Made by a program: the position numbers and the translations under genes
The notes under the pieces: model-generated
The model's database searches: none
Told to the model about the DNA's origin: nothing
Seen by the model: the letters and a program-made list of their open reading frames with translations, nothing else
Part shown: positions 10,988 to 23,151 of the stretch, piece by piece
How the letters are laid out: the number at the start of each line of letters is the position of its first letter
Numbering within the stretch: position 1 is the first letter of the stretch
Assembly (NCBI GenBank): GCA_964016885.1
Contig: OZ024742.1
Coordinates: 364,994,001 to 365,058,000 of the forward strand
Direction of reading: 5' to 3'
Source: Eledone cirrhosa
Lineage: Eukaryota
DNA: 64,000 nucleotides

Positions 10988-13640
10988 AGGAAAGCTTGAG
11001 TCACTACTGAATGGGACACTAAAAAACATAGGCACTAAAAATAGACTGGAAATAAAATACAAAACTAGGAGGAAAAAGCTAAATATTATCATAGAGGAAT
11101 TGAAGCAACGCATTGTAGCAAAGAGTGCAAAAATCAGGCGATACGAGAACAGAGTCAGTCAGTATAAACAGAACCGCATGTTCGACAACAACCAGAAGAT
11201 GCTGTTTGGACAGCTTGAAGGGAAAGAAAGAGGCAACGACTTGATCCCTGGGGCGGAGCAAACTAAAACATTCTGGAGAGGAATATGGGAGCAGGATGTT
11301 AGACATAATGTCCAGGCAGGGTGGATTGAGACAGTACAGAGGGAGATCGGTGAGCAGGCACAACAACAAACTGATTTGAGTATCACAGTTGAAACTCTTA
11401 AGGGGCAGGCCAAAAAACTAACCAACTGGAAATCACCAGGCCCAGATGGTGTGCAGGGGTATTGGATTAAACATTTAACATCCCTCCACCCGAAGCTGAC
11501 GGCCATGTTCAATGACTGCTTGGTGTCGGGTGAGGTGCCAGAGTGGTTGACAAAAGGTACCACAGTTCTGATAATGAAAGACCGAATCAAGGGTAATGAT
11601 GTTACCAACTATAGACCTATCACATGTCTGTCCGTAATGTGGAAACTGTTGACGAGCATTGTGTCTGAGGAAATCTACCATCACCTCCACACAAACAACT
11701 TGTTACCGGACGAACAGAAAGGATGCCGAAAGAAGTCACGTGGTACAAAGGACCAGTTGCTTATTGATAAGATGGTAATGGGGAATTGCAGGAGGAGATA
11801 CACTGATCTTGCCATGGGATGGATAGACTACAGAAAGGCATTTGACATGGTGCCTCATTCTTGGATCACCAAAAGCCTGGAGATCTTCAGGGTGGCAGAT
11901 AACATCAGACAGTTGCTAGGCAGGAGTATGGGGTCCTGGGAGACAGAGTTGACATCAACTGGAGTATCCTTGGGAAGCGTGAATATCAAGAGAGGTATCT
12001 TCCAGGGAGATAGCCTGTCCCCTCTGTTGTTTGTCCTTGGCCTGATGCCCTTGACCATTATGCTGCGAAAAGTGAGAGCAGGATACAAGTTGGGAAGGGG
12101 AGAGCTTACCATCAATCACCTCCTCTTCATGGACGATCTTAAGCTCTTCGGGAAAAGTGAGAAGGAGTTGGATGTGCTTGTTGACACTGTCCGTATTTTC
12201 AGCAGTGATATATGTATGCAGTTTGGTATTGGTAAATGTGGAGTCATTGTGATGAGGAGGGGTAGGTTGAGCAGAAGTAACGGGATCCAGATACCAACAG
12301 GTGAGATGATAAAGGAAATTGTCTCTGAGGAAGGATACAAGTATTTGGGCGTTCTGGAGGCTGATGGCATAAAGAACAAAAAAATGAAGGAATTGTTAAG
12401 AACTGAATACATTCGGAGAGTAAGGAGCGTATTGAAGTCACATCTGAACAGCAGAAATGCCATAAGCGCAGTAAATTCCAGAGCTGTGTCTATTATTAGG
12501 TACAGTGCGGGAATTCTGAGATGGAATGTTGCTGAACAAAAAGAAATGGATAGGAAGACTAGGAAGCTATTGACTATCTACAACATGTTCCACAAGAGGA
12601 GTGATGTCGATAGACTCTACCTAAGGAGATCTGAGGGTGGAAGAGGTCTTATCAGCATAGAGGACTGTGTTCAGATGGAGAAAAACAACCTATACAAATA
12701 CGTGACCTATAGTAAGGAGCCAATGCTCAGAACTGTACTGAAGGAGGGGACAGTAGGCCAGGGGATGTCCAAGGAGGAAATAACATCAAGGAGGAAGAGC
12801 AGCCTTAAGGGAAAATCCCTTCATAGTACCTTCTTTGAGAAAACTGAATTTAGAGATCCACAGACATGGAACTGGTTGAGAAGAGGAGACCTCAAAAAGG
12901 CTACAGAAGGAATGCTAATGGCTGCGCAGGAGCAGGCCCTCAAAACGAAGTGGTTGAAGCACCATATTTACAAGGAGGAGGCTAGCCCACTGTGCAGGAT
13001 CTGTGGAGAGAGAAAGGAGACTGTGGCTCACATTGTGTCCGAGTGTAAACACCTAGCCCAGACCCACTATAAGGGCTGGAGACACGATGTGATGGGCAGG
13101 GTGATCCACTGGCACATGTGCAAAGTAAACAATTTACCACATTCTGAGAAATGGTATGAGCATAGGCCAGAGGCGGTGATGGAGAACAATCAGGTGAAGG
13201 TGCTGTGGGATTTTAGGATAGAGACGGACAAAAAACTGGAACACAATAGACCTGACCTGGTGGTTGTGGACAAAGAAAAAAGATCGTGTCTGATTGTGGA
13301 TGTGGCCTGCCCGTTCGACACGAGAGTGCAAGAGAAGGAGAGGGAGAAAATTAACCGATACCAGGACCTAAAGTGGGAGGTGAAAAGGATTTGGAACTGC
13401 CATGAAGTCAAAGTGATCCCGATTGTCATTAGCGCACTGGGGACTATCTCCAAAAGTTCCCAGGGATGGTTAAAGAAAATCGGCCCCTTCACGCTTTTTG
13501 GAACGCTTCAAAAGGCATGCTTGCTTGGAACAGCAAGAACCCTCCGATACGTCCTGAATATCTGAGGCTGTAGGTAGTGGCTTGATATTCAATCGAACGG
13601 ACTTTCCAGTTAACCAACATCAATGACTGAGATTCAAGGA
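10988..13640 (+). mobile_element. R4/Dong-like RLE non-LTR retrotransposon, 5'-truncated, in (TAA)n
   Basis: Single RT-CCHC-RLE frame with (TAA)n on both sides (10915-10987 and 13650-13683). Confidence 0.9.
11100..13565 (+). CDS. Reverse transcriptase - CCHC - restriction-like endonuclease polyprotein (partial, frame open from ~10988)
   Basis: YRPITCL, QKGC, IDYRKAFD, RGIFQGDSLSP, FMDD, CRICGERKETVAHIVSEC, RHD, NRPDLVVVD...DVACP, EKINRYQDL; no stop codons over 821 aa. Confidence 0.9.
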   Translation: MKQRIVAKSAKIRRYENRVSQYKQNRMFDNNQKMLFGQLEGKERGNDLIPGAEQTKTFWRGIWEQDVRHNVQAGWIETVQREIGEQAQQQTDLSITVETLKGQAKKLTNWKSPGPDGVQGYWIKHLTSLHPKLTAMFNDCLVSGEVPEWLTKGTTVLIMKDRIKGNDVTNYRPITCLSVMWKLLTSIVSEEIYHHLHTNNLLPDEQKGCRKKSRGTKDQLLIDKMVMGNCRRRYTDLAMGWIDYRKAFDMVPHSWITKSLEIFRVADNIRQLLGRSMGSWETELTSTGVSLGSVNIKRGIFQGDSLSPLLFVLGLMPLTIMLRKVRAGYKLGRGELTINHLLFMDDLKLFGKSEKELDVLVDTVRIFSSDICMQFGIGKCGVIVMRRGRLSRSNGIQIPTGEMIKEIVSEEGYKYLGVLEADGIKNKKMKELLRTEYIRRVRSVLKSHLNSRNAISAVNSRAVSIIRYSAGILRWNVAEQKEMDRKTRKLLTIYNMFHKRSDVDRLYLRRSEGGRGLISIEDCVQMEKNNLYKYVTYSKEPMLRTVLKEGTVGQGMSKEEITSRRKSSLKGKSLHSTFFEKTEFRDPQTWNWLRRGDLKKATEGMLMAAQEQALKTKWLKHHIYKEEASPLCRICGERKETVAHIVSECKHLAQTHYKGWRHDVMGRVIHWHMCKVNNLPHSEKWYEHRPEAVMENNQVKVLWDFRIETDKKLEHNRPDLVVVDKEKRSCLIVDVACPFDTRVQEKEREKINRYQDLKWEVKRIWNCHEVKVIPIVISALGTISKSSQGWLKKIGPFTLFGTLQKACLLGTARTLRYVLNI

Positions 13641-13648
13641 ATAACAAC

Positions 13649-13684
<36 letters not shown>

Positions 13685-13685
13685 T

Positions 13686-16063
13686 TTTTGGATAAATGCC
13701 TTCACAGAGTCTCATGAGCTGTTAGCCCAACTTCACAATGAAATAGTTAAGGAGACAGAAAAGATACATTCATGGCTACTTAACGGCATTACATTCCTGC
13801 TTCCGAAGAATGATGAGATAAACAATCCCCAAAATTACAGACCGATAACTTGCTTGACCACAATGTACATAATTTTAACATCAGTGCTAACTGAATATAC
13901 ATATGACCACCTGATAACAAATGATCTATTTCCCAATGAGCAGAAAGGGTGTAAACGAGGCTCATATGGCTGTAAGGATCAGCTTTTGGTTAACAAAATG
14001 ATACTGGAAGATTTTCATAATAGACACAAAAATCTATCAATTGCTTGGATAGATTATAAAAAAGCATTCGATAGTTTGCCACACAGTTGGATTGAAAAAT
14101 GTTTAGAGATTTTCAAAATATCTCCCGTTGTCAGGAGGTTTTTGTCATTCAGTATGAAGAATGGAAAACGACACTCCTTTTGAATAGTGAAAAAAAATCA
14201 CTGGAACCTGGAGAAGTTAATATTAATTGTGGAATTTTTCAGGGTGACTCTTTATCACCGCTTTTATTCTGCATCGCACTTATACCATTAAGTAAAATGC
14301 TCAATGAAACAAAACATGGATATAAAATCTATGACAAAACCATTAATCACTTGTTCTACATGGATGACCTGAAATTATTTGCAAAAAATGATGAACAATT
14401 GCAAGGGCTATTATCCACTGTGGAGCAGTTAAGTGATGACATTAAAATAGAGTTTGGACTAGATAAATGCGCCAAAGCAACGTTCACCAGAGGAAAGCTG
14501 CTGAAAAGTTCAGACATTAATCTTGATCGGGGGAATGTGATAAGAGAACTTGATCAAGAGGAAACTTACAAATATCTAGGTGTTTGTGAAGGAGACGGAA
14601 TCAAGCACTCGACAATGAGGGAAGGATAAGGAAGGAATGTTACCGCAGAGTAAGAGCAATCTTAAGAACGGAATTGAATGCAAGGAATATGATCGATGCC
14701 ATAAACACGTTTGCCATACCAGTAGTAACCTACAGTTACAATGTCATCAACTGGTCAAGCACAGAGATCCGTAGGCTCGATACAAAAATTAGAATTTTCT
14801 TAACCATGCACAGAATGCATCACCCTAAGGCAGATACAGATAGAATATATCTCCCTAGGAAAGAAGGAGGACGTGGGTTAATCCAGTTAGACATTGCGTT
14901 GAAAACTGCAACAATTGGATTATCTACATATCTAAGGGAATCACATGATTGGATGATCAAACTCGTTTTGAAACACGAAACCATCAAAAGATCATACTCC
15001 ATTACAAAAGATGCACAAAGATACAGTAATGGACTACAAATCTCAGAAGTCCGATTTATTGCTGAAATGGAAAACACAGAAAAAGCAAATCAGGTAAAAG
15101 TAACTGCAAAGAAAGAACTGCTACAGAAACTGGCTAAGAAATGGCAAGAAAAGCCTCTGTATGGAAAATACCCAGAAAGAACTAACAATCCTGATGTTGA
15201 GAAAACTTTAACCCATCAGTGGTTGGCATCATCTGGACTGAAATCGGAGACTGAAGGACTGATTATATCAGCACAAGATCAGTGCCTGCCAAAAAAAATT
15301 ACCAAGCTAACATAATAAAAAATGGGTGCAGCCCATTATGCCGTGTATGTAAAAAAACAACCAGAGACCATTGATCATATAATTTCAATGTGCAGTCCTA
15401 TAGCTCCAACCGAATACTTAAACAGGCATGACATAGCTGCACAATAAATACATTGGATATTGTGTAAGCATTTTGACCTGCACCATCAAAAGAATTGGTG
15501 GGAGCATCAACCGCCTCCCATACTTGAAAAAGATCACATCTCAATCTTGTGGAACTTTAGCATCCAAACAGACCGAAAAATAGATGCAAATAGACCTGAT
15601 ATAATAATGAAGGACTTTAAAAAGAGGGTATGCCTGCTAATTGATATTTCCGATGCAATAGACAAGAATGTATCTATAAAAACATTTGAAAAATTGAGCA
15701 AGTATAAGGACCTGGAGATAGAAATTGGAAAAATGTGGAAATTGAGAACTAAAACAATACCAGTGGTTGTAGGTGCTCTAGAAATGATACCTAAGGGGTC
15801 TAATGATTACTTATCGCAAATCCCAGGAATACCCGCGTATTGGAGAAATATAAAAGATAGTACTAATGGCAACTGCCCATATACTAAGGAAGATTCTGTC
15901 AATATAAGTACATCACAAGTCTAAACACCTAAAGATGCATGTGTGTGTATGTGTGTTCTTTCTTGAACATGGCGGACCTTGTTGTCTCTTGAGGTCACTG
16001 GTTGTGACTTGGTGATAACTCGTATGAACATAACGCAAGATAAATGCAACTATAATAATAATA
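13686..16063 (+). mobile_element. Second, divergent R4/Dong-like element, frameshifted
   Basis: Fragments at 13686-14183, 14099-14629, 14674-15315 and 15460-15924 carry YRPITCL, IDYKKAFD, GIFQGDSLSP, YMDD, NRPDII..IDIS, EKLSKYKDL. It ends in (TAA)n. Confidence 0.9.
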
Positions 16064-16230
16064 ATTGTTTCTACTTTTGGCACAAGGCCAGCAATTATCC
16101 CAGTACAATCTCGTACTTTATTTTATCGACCCTGTAAGGATGAAAGGCAAAGTTAACCTCGGCGGGATTTGAATTGAGACCGTAAAGGGGCGTAACTATA
16201 TCCACCGATATTGCCGCCAATCCATCGCCC
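16064..16230 (-). mobile_element. tRNA-derived SINE (family 1), partial
   Basis: Reverse complement of the core and tail of 4390-4610. Confidence 0.7.
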
Positions 16231-16389
16231 TTAATAATAATATGGATACCTTTTTAACTCGCTCTCTCTCTTATGTGTATGTATGTGTATCTGTGTATAT
16301 GTGTGTACATGTGTATATGTGTGTATGTGTGTATGTGTATGGGTATATATGTGTATGGGTATATATGTATGGGTATATATGGGTATATA

Positions 16390-16859
16390 TATGAAAATAT
16401 TGCTGCTGATCGTAATAAATGGAGAAAGACTGTATATGAGGGAAAAGTTGCCTTTGAGGCATCTCGAATCGCACACGAGAAAGTAAAGCGGGACGTGAGG
16501 AAGGGTATTGCTGTTGCACTTCCAGACGGCGAGGGTCCTCCTATGTTTCTGACATGCAGCGTCTGTGCGAGACTCTGCCTAAGCAAAGCTGGACTCGAAA
16601 GTCATCTTCGCAGTCATAAAGTAAGACCAGTGGTTGACTACCAGGCTGCTGTTGGAGATGCTACTCATCATGCTTGCCAAACATGTGGTAGAGAATGTAA
16701 ATCAGCAGGAGGACTCAAGCGACATGCAAAAGTACACGAACTCCAACCACAGCCGACTATTCCCAGTAAATGTTTTGGTTGCCGACTCTGTGCAAGACAT
16801 TTTGGATCATTGGCTGGGCTAAAAAGCCACATTCGATCGCAGCACTGTTAGTTGCTATC

Positions 16860-16903
<44 letters not shown>

Positions 16904-16982
16904 GCTTATGTGCGTGCGTGTGTGTGTATATATATATGAATATGTATATTATTATTGTTGTTGTCGTTATTATTATTATTGC

Positions 16983-17061
<79 letters not shown>

Positions 17062-17102
17062 TGTGCAATGGCCATACTCGATAACGAGGGGGCAGCCATC
17101 AT
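16390..17102 (+). mobile_element. 3' end of an RTE-clade LINE with three C2H2 zinc fingers and microsatellite-rich 3'UTR
   Basis: YENIAADRNKWRKTVYEG (RTE C-terminal A.DR..WR motif), then CSVC..GLESHLRSH, CQTC..GLKRHAKVH and CRLC..GLKSHIRSQH; stop at 16851. Confidence 0.75.
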
Positions 17103-17499
17103 ATATGTGTATCTTTGTGCATGTGTGTATGTGTGTGGGTATATTGTATATCTTTGTGCATGTGTGTATGTGTGTGTGGGTATATATGTAATGTATATCT
17201 TTGTGTATGTGTGTATGTGTGTATGTGTGTATGTGTGTGCGTATATATGTATATATGTGTGCATGTGTGTATGTATGTGGGTATATATGTATATCTGTGT
17301 GTGGGGATTTGAAAGCTGAGAACATAATAGTAATGTATCATTATATATATATTTTAAACTTATACAGTTACATCAAAAGACGTATCCTTTCCTTCTTTCT
17401 CCTTTTCTCTCAGCCCCTCTCTACCCGTTCTTTCTTTCTCTCTTACCCCCTCTCTCTAATACTCATTGTGTCTCACCCAACCCTCCCTCTATTAACCAT

Positions 17500-17542
<43 letters not shown>

Positions 17543-17749
17543 TCTCTCTCTCTCTATCTCTCTGATATTCAATATTACATCAAAATAAATAGTAAATACT
17601 TCTACATATATTTAATGTGTTTTAAATGAGACTCCATATATAATTTCATCATGTTTATGGTGTTTATCAGAAACATCAAGGATTCTATGTGCACTAAACA
17701 TCTTTTAAAGCGAACGTACTACATTAAAAATACAAGAAGCTTATCCAGC

Positions 17750-17984
17750 TTGTACACCCAACTGTATGTTGTAGTATATACAACCTTGTACACCCAACTG
17801 TATGTTGTAGTATATACAACCTTGTACACCCAACTGTATGTTGTAGTATATACAACATTGTACACATAACTGTAAGTTGTAGTATATACAACCTTGTACA
17901 CCCAACTGTATGTTGTAGTATATACAACCTTGTACACCCAACTGTATGTTGTAGTATATACAACTGTATGTTGTAGTATATACA
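17750..17984. repeat. 36-bp minisatellite, ~6 copies
   Basis: TTGTACACCCAACTGTATGTTGTAGTATATACAACC. Confidence 0.95.
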
Positions 17985-18279
17985 AAGTTTCAGTTTGCTT
18001 AGATTTACAATAATATTATTCATGAAAATGAAATCAATTTCGTTCGTTTTAAGAAAATACATTAAAAAATGTATTTTGAGAAAAAGAAACAATCTACTAT
18101 ATGTTAATTAGATAAAAGATATACATAAAACATTGAATATTAGCAAATCTGACATAGATTTAATTAAGGTCTTAGAATTTCTTTTCGCAACAAGAAAGAC
18201 ATGTCAATGTCTTCCATTATTCTCTTCTACAGAAAAAAATATAAGGAATGGCCTGTAATGTTTCACAGATTATTGTGGA

Positions 18280-18380
18280 CGTGGCATGGCGGAATGGTTA
18301 AAATGTTCACTGGTAAACATTAGGTTCTGGGTTCGACCTCCACTGGGTGGCATCTGGATCATGTGTCATTTACGATAGTC
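18280..18380 (+). mobile_element. Degenerate tRNA-like SINE head
   Basis: A-box TGGCGGAATGG and B-box GGTTCGACCTC. Confidence 0.4.
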
Positions 18381-18433
18381 AACCAAGATCCGGGAGTGAA
18401 TTAGAGAAGTCGTAAACAGTTTCGAAACTCGTC

Positions 18434-18697
18434 GGCTGATTGTAATTAAAAGTAGCAGCCTTGTCAAGAGGAGACGTAAGGACGGAGGGGGCATGACCTG
18501 AAAGGGTCCTCAACCAAAATGGCTGATTGTAATTAAAAGTAGCAGCCTTGTCCAGAGGAGACGTAAGGACGGAGGGGGAATGACCTGAAACGGTCCTCGA
18601 CGAAAATGGCTGATTGTAATTAAAAGTAGCAGCCTTGTCCAGAGGAGACGTAAGGACGGAGGGGGGCATGACCTGAAACGGTTCTCGACCAAAATGC
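18434..18697. repeat. 87-bp tandem repeat, 3 copies
   Basis: GGCTGATTGTAATTAAAAGTAGCAGCC... at 18434, 18521 and 18608. Confidence 0.95.
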
Positions 18698-19540
18698 TTG
18701 TGACTACGGCCCAGTAAGACGGTGTCGGCGGAGACGGTGGTGAAGGCGGTGTCAGTGCTCCTGCGGCTGGCGACGGGCGTGAAAAGCACTTCACGCTGAA
18801 TCTACCTGAGATTTACTATATGGTAATCGTGTCTGTACGATACTCCGTTATTTACACATTAATTTCAATAACATGTTGATATAACGAACCCAAATATACA
18901 CGACTCACCGTCCATTCCTTCCTATAATTATAGCAACATTCTATTTTCTCTCATTAAATAAGCTCATCGTCAAACCAAGTTTCCAATGTCCTCTATTACA
19001 AAAGTAGTTCAATAAAGGGATTTAGGGTAAACTAGTAAAGAGCAGAAAGTAAATTATATCAGTTAAATAAAATTGTAAATATATATATTTTTTCTGGTGT
19101 GAAAAAGAAACAAAGTTAAAGACAATTTGTTATTCTCACAGTACCCACACATGTATATTTATAAACACACACTCACACAGACATGCACACATATAGAGAA
19201 TCACGCATATACACAGACACACAGGCACACACAGACAGACACACATACAGAGAAACACGAAGATACACAGACACACACACAGACACTCACAAAAATAGAT
19301 ATTGGTTAATATTTTTCACAGATAGTTCGCTGTGAATAAAAACATACATTTTATCACATTTCAGATTGTAAACCAAATATTGTCCATGAATCTTATTGTG
19401 AAAAACCAACATTAGAGTTTGTGAAGACTATAGTGAGTTGATGTATAGAAGAAAAGTGTTAAATAGTTAATCAAATAGTTTCCTTTCATTTGTAAAACTT
19501 ATCACACATATAAACACGTATATTTGAATGCCACAATACT

Positions 19541-19588
<48 letters not shown>

Positions 19589-19621
19589 GAGAAGAAAGAG
19601 GAACATATATATATATATATA

Positions 19622-19981
19622 TAGGAACGAGTAGGACCCCGACGGCTGAGCTCAAGCTGTTTCGACGGCTAATTCTGGACTAAATGAAATTTTTTATCCT
19701 GGTATTTGAAAAACCGAGCTTCTCAGGGGGTAATTCCATATATGGTAAAAGTGATTGTCACAAGGATTGGTCAAAAGTTTGTTGTTGAGACATTACCCCC
19801 TGAGATTCTCGGCTATTCAAATAACAGGATAAAAATTTTCATTTTGTCCAGAATTAGCCGTCGAAATGGCTTGAACTCAGCCGTCGGGGTCCTACTCGTT
19901 CCTATTACCCACTCTACTACCATAAGTATTGAGTACTTTGGTGCATTATGGTCCACCTGGTTCCTTACCACATTTCCTTCG

Positions 19982-19985
<4 letters not shown>
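19622..19985. mobile_element. Inverted pLTR-like element with atypical HHRs in both arms
   Basis: Arms 19622-19733 and 19793-19904, bordered by (TA)n. Related copies lie at 35833-36005 and 46925-47105. Confidence 0.75.
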
Positions 19986-20036
<51 letters not shown>

Positions 20037-20536
20037 TTTAATACAATAACAGAGATAGCTTAAAGCTAAACTCTGACTGGTAACCATCTCACTCAACAAA
20101 CATTAGGTTATATGTTTGTATAAACCCAATTTAAGTGTTTGGGGTGCTAACTATATGTACTATGTGGAAAGCCAGTTGTATTATTTTATGAGATATAATT
20201 AAAGTTAAAATATATCTCTCTTTCCAAACAATTGTTTCATTATAAGTTTTCTAGAAATTAGGAGAATGTTTCCAGTTTATGTAGAAGTCTAACATATATT
20301 CATGTAAGAATATATTTAGGTGGGTGCTTATAAATCATCAGTGGAAGCCCATTAAACTTTGATATAAGAAATAATTCGTACCGCAGTTAAAAATCGTGTC
20401 TGCTAAGCTGCTCCCTCACGCATCGAATGACCGCCAAATTTGAAATTCCAGCAGTTTTTGACTGAGGAAGTATTATAGTGTCACGAAGCGGGAAGGGGAG
20501 ACAACCAATACACGAGAAAAGAAAAAAATAATATTC

Positions 20537-20971
20537 ACGCGGGTTAATTAATTTTTTCAAAAACTTTATCAATCCAACGTGTTAAGAACTCAATTGAAAA
20601 TAAAAAAATAAATGCATGCGTGTATTAATTACACACGCATATAGATATTTTCTTAGGCTAAAAACAGAAGTCGTACCCGAATAACAAACCGCATTTCATA
20701 ACCGTAGTAAATACGGAAAGTTACGCTTTAAAGGGCAATCGGGAATGTAAATCTCTGGCCGAATTAAGAGTAAAATATTAAATATACGCGGGTTAATTAG
20801 TTATTTCAAAACTAATATCAATTCCACGTGTTAAGAACTCAATTAATTTAAAAAAATAAAAGTCTGCATGTAATTATTTACACAGGCATATATATATTTT
20901 CTTAGGCTAAAAACAGAGAAGTGACAACCAAAAAACCATCATATCGCACAACAGTAATAAATACGGAAAGT
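20537..20971. repeat. Diverged direct duplication, ~249-bp period
   Basis: ACGCGGGTTAATTA...AATACGGAAAGT at ~20537 and ~20786. Confidence 0.8.
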
Positions 20972-21005
20972 CATATTTATATCCCGGACGAGCCCATTAG
21001 AACCT

Positions 21006-21102
<97 letters not shown>

Positions 21103-21103
21103 G

Positions 21104-21188
<85 letters not shown>

Positions 21189-21227
21189 GTTTCTACTTTT
21201 GGCACAAAGCCAGCAATATAATGGCGA

Positions 21228-22718
21228 TGAATTAGTTTTGCGAGGTTTTTTATATGAAATCGTGTGTCGAAACAAATATTGTTATACTTGGGGAGGGTCA
21301 TATTTGTGTAATATTGCCAGAATTAATAACAGAACACACTCACTGTTTGGTTGGTTTTCGCTTTTCGCTTCTGTGTCTTTTATATCGGTAATCTAATTTA
21401 TACGGTCCTCAATGTTGCCATTGACTGACCAACGGTAAAAAATAGTACAGATACAATATAGACACAAACACATATATATAGTTTATCAAAGTTCTTTCGT
21501 TGCACATCTGCAACATCGTCAGTGGTGCTATTGTTTCCTCCCGTTACATTGTATGTCTACGCCATTTTTATTTAGTCTGTCTATATATTTATTTAGTTAT
21601 TTGTTTGTTTCTTTATTTTATTTTGTCTTCTTTGCGCATGCGTTTGCGTGTGTGTATAGTGTTTTGTTTGATGTGTGTTCGTGATTGGGTGACTGTGTAT
21701 CGGTTAATGTATTCTATCTTTACTAGTGAGTGTTTGTATGTGTTTGTTGTTATTGTGCTTGTGTATGTATTTATTTATTTATTTATCTATTTATTTATAC
21801 TTCTCTTAGGTCAGTGTTGTTTGTTTGGGTGTTGTTGTTATTCCACTCATTCTTTCTGTTTAGTCTTGGTCTTCTATGTTCTATTTCACTGGCCTCTCTG
21901 ATTTGCCTATCTGCTGGGTCATCTCTATGTTTAGATATTATTCTAATTTATATGTTGTCTATGTTACCGTCGTGTTGTTGTGTGGCATGTTCGTATAGTA
22001 CTGACCCGTTTTTACGTCCTTTTAGTTCCCTCCAGTGTTGGTCTATTATTTCACCTATGCTACGAGATGTCTCGCCTATGTATGTTGTTGTCATGTTTCT
22101 GAAAGTACCTTCTGTACATCTTATGCTATAGACTATGTTTCTAGTTTTACAGTTTATCCGGGGGCTTACCTTACATATGATACATTTCCTATTAGTACAG
22201 TGGGTTTTCTTAAAAGGGTATGTTTTGCTGATCAGGGATTTTATGGTCGTTCCTGGCTTTTCTACCACCTTAATCTTTAAGTGGGTCTTTCTCAGGGCCT
22301 TTCTACATTGGTTAGCTAACTTCCCTCCAGGGGTAGCGTCCACAAACATGACACTCTGGTATCTCTGGTTGTCGTTCCATGAGTTGGCTTTCCCTATCTT
22401 ATGTCTAGCCCTATCTAATCTATTCCATGCTTTGCTCCTGTATAATGGGCATACAATGTAACGGGAGGAAACAATAACACCACTGACGATGTTGCAGATG
22501 TGCAACGAAAGAACTTTGATAAACTATATATATGTGTTTGTGTCTATATTGTATCTGTATTATTTTTGACCGTTGGTCAGTCAATGGCAACATTGAGGAC
22601 CGAATAAATTAGATTACCGATATAAAAGACACAAGCGAAAAGCGAAAACCAACCAAACAATGAGTGTGTTCAGTTATTAATTCTGGCAATATTACACAAA
22701 TATGACCCTCCCCAAGTA

Positions 22719-22722
<4 letters not shown>
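21228..22722 (-). mobile_element. 5'-truncated Penelope-like element: GIY-YIG region, 3' pLTR and inverted pLTR
   Basis: ORF 21948-22450 reads PLYRSKAWNR..SVMFVDATPGG..CKTRNIVYSIRC..YIGETSRS. Inverted repeats 21281-21556 and 22451-22722 carry a CTGACGA/GAAA motif. Confidence 0.85.
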
Positions 22723-22781
<59 letters not shown>

Positions 22782-22783
<2 letters not shown>

Positions 22784-22930
22784 GAGCATGGCTTAGTGGT
22801 TAGGGCAGTAGGCTTGCAATCGAAAGGTTGTAAGTCAATTCTCGGACCGGCTGATGTGTTGTTTCCTTGAGCACGACACTCTATTTCACGTTGCTCCAGT
22901 TTACTCAGCTGAAAATGAGTACCAGCTTCA
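22782..22930 (+). mobile_element. tRNA-derived SINE (family 2)
   Basis: A-box TGGCTTAGTGG; core CCTTGAGCACGACACT..GCTCCAGTTTACTCAGCTG. A related copy lies on the minus strand at 25255-25406. Confidence 0.7.
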
Positions 22931-23110
22931 CGCCATGAAACCGGGATAATCACCGGCCAAATGAGCCTTCTGGCTTAAGACAGACTTTAGACTTACGGCC
23001 CACCAGTGGGATGGCGTCGTCGTGTGGCTAAAACAGCACGTGCTGTGACCAGCGGCGCCGAATGGCGCCCGACAGATTGGTCGGTCAATGTGATATATAT
23101 ATATATCACC

Positions 23111-23149
<39 letters not shown>

Positions 23150-23151
<2 letters not shown>

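Noticed and set aside
18434-18697. Twister-ribozyme-like GGAGGGGGCA ending in the 87-bp repeat
   Set aside because: There is no matching UAA/P2 strand and no pseudoknot partners.
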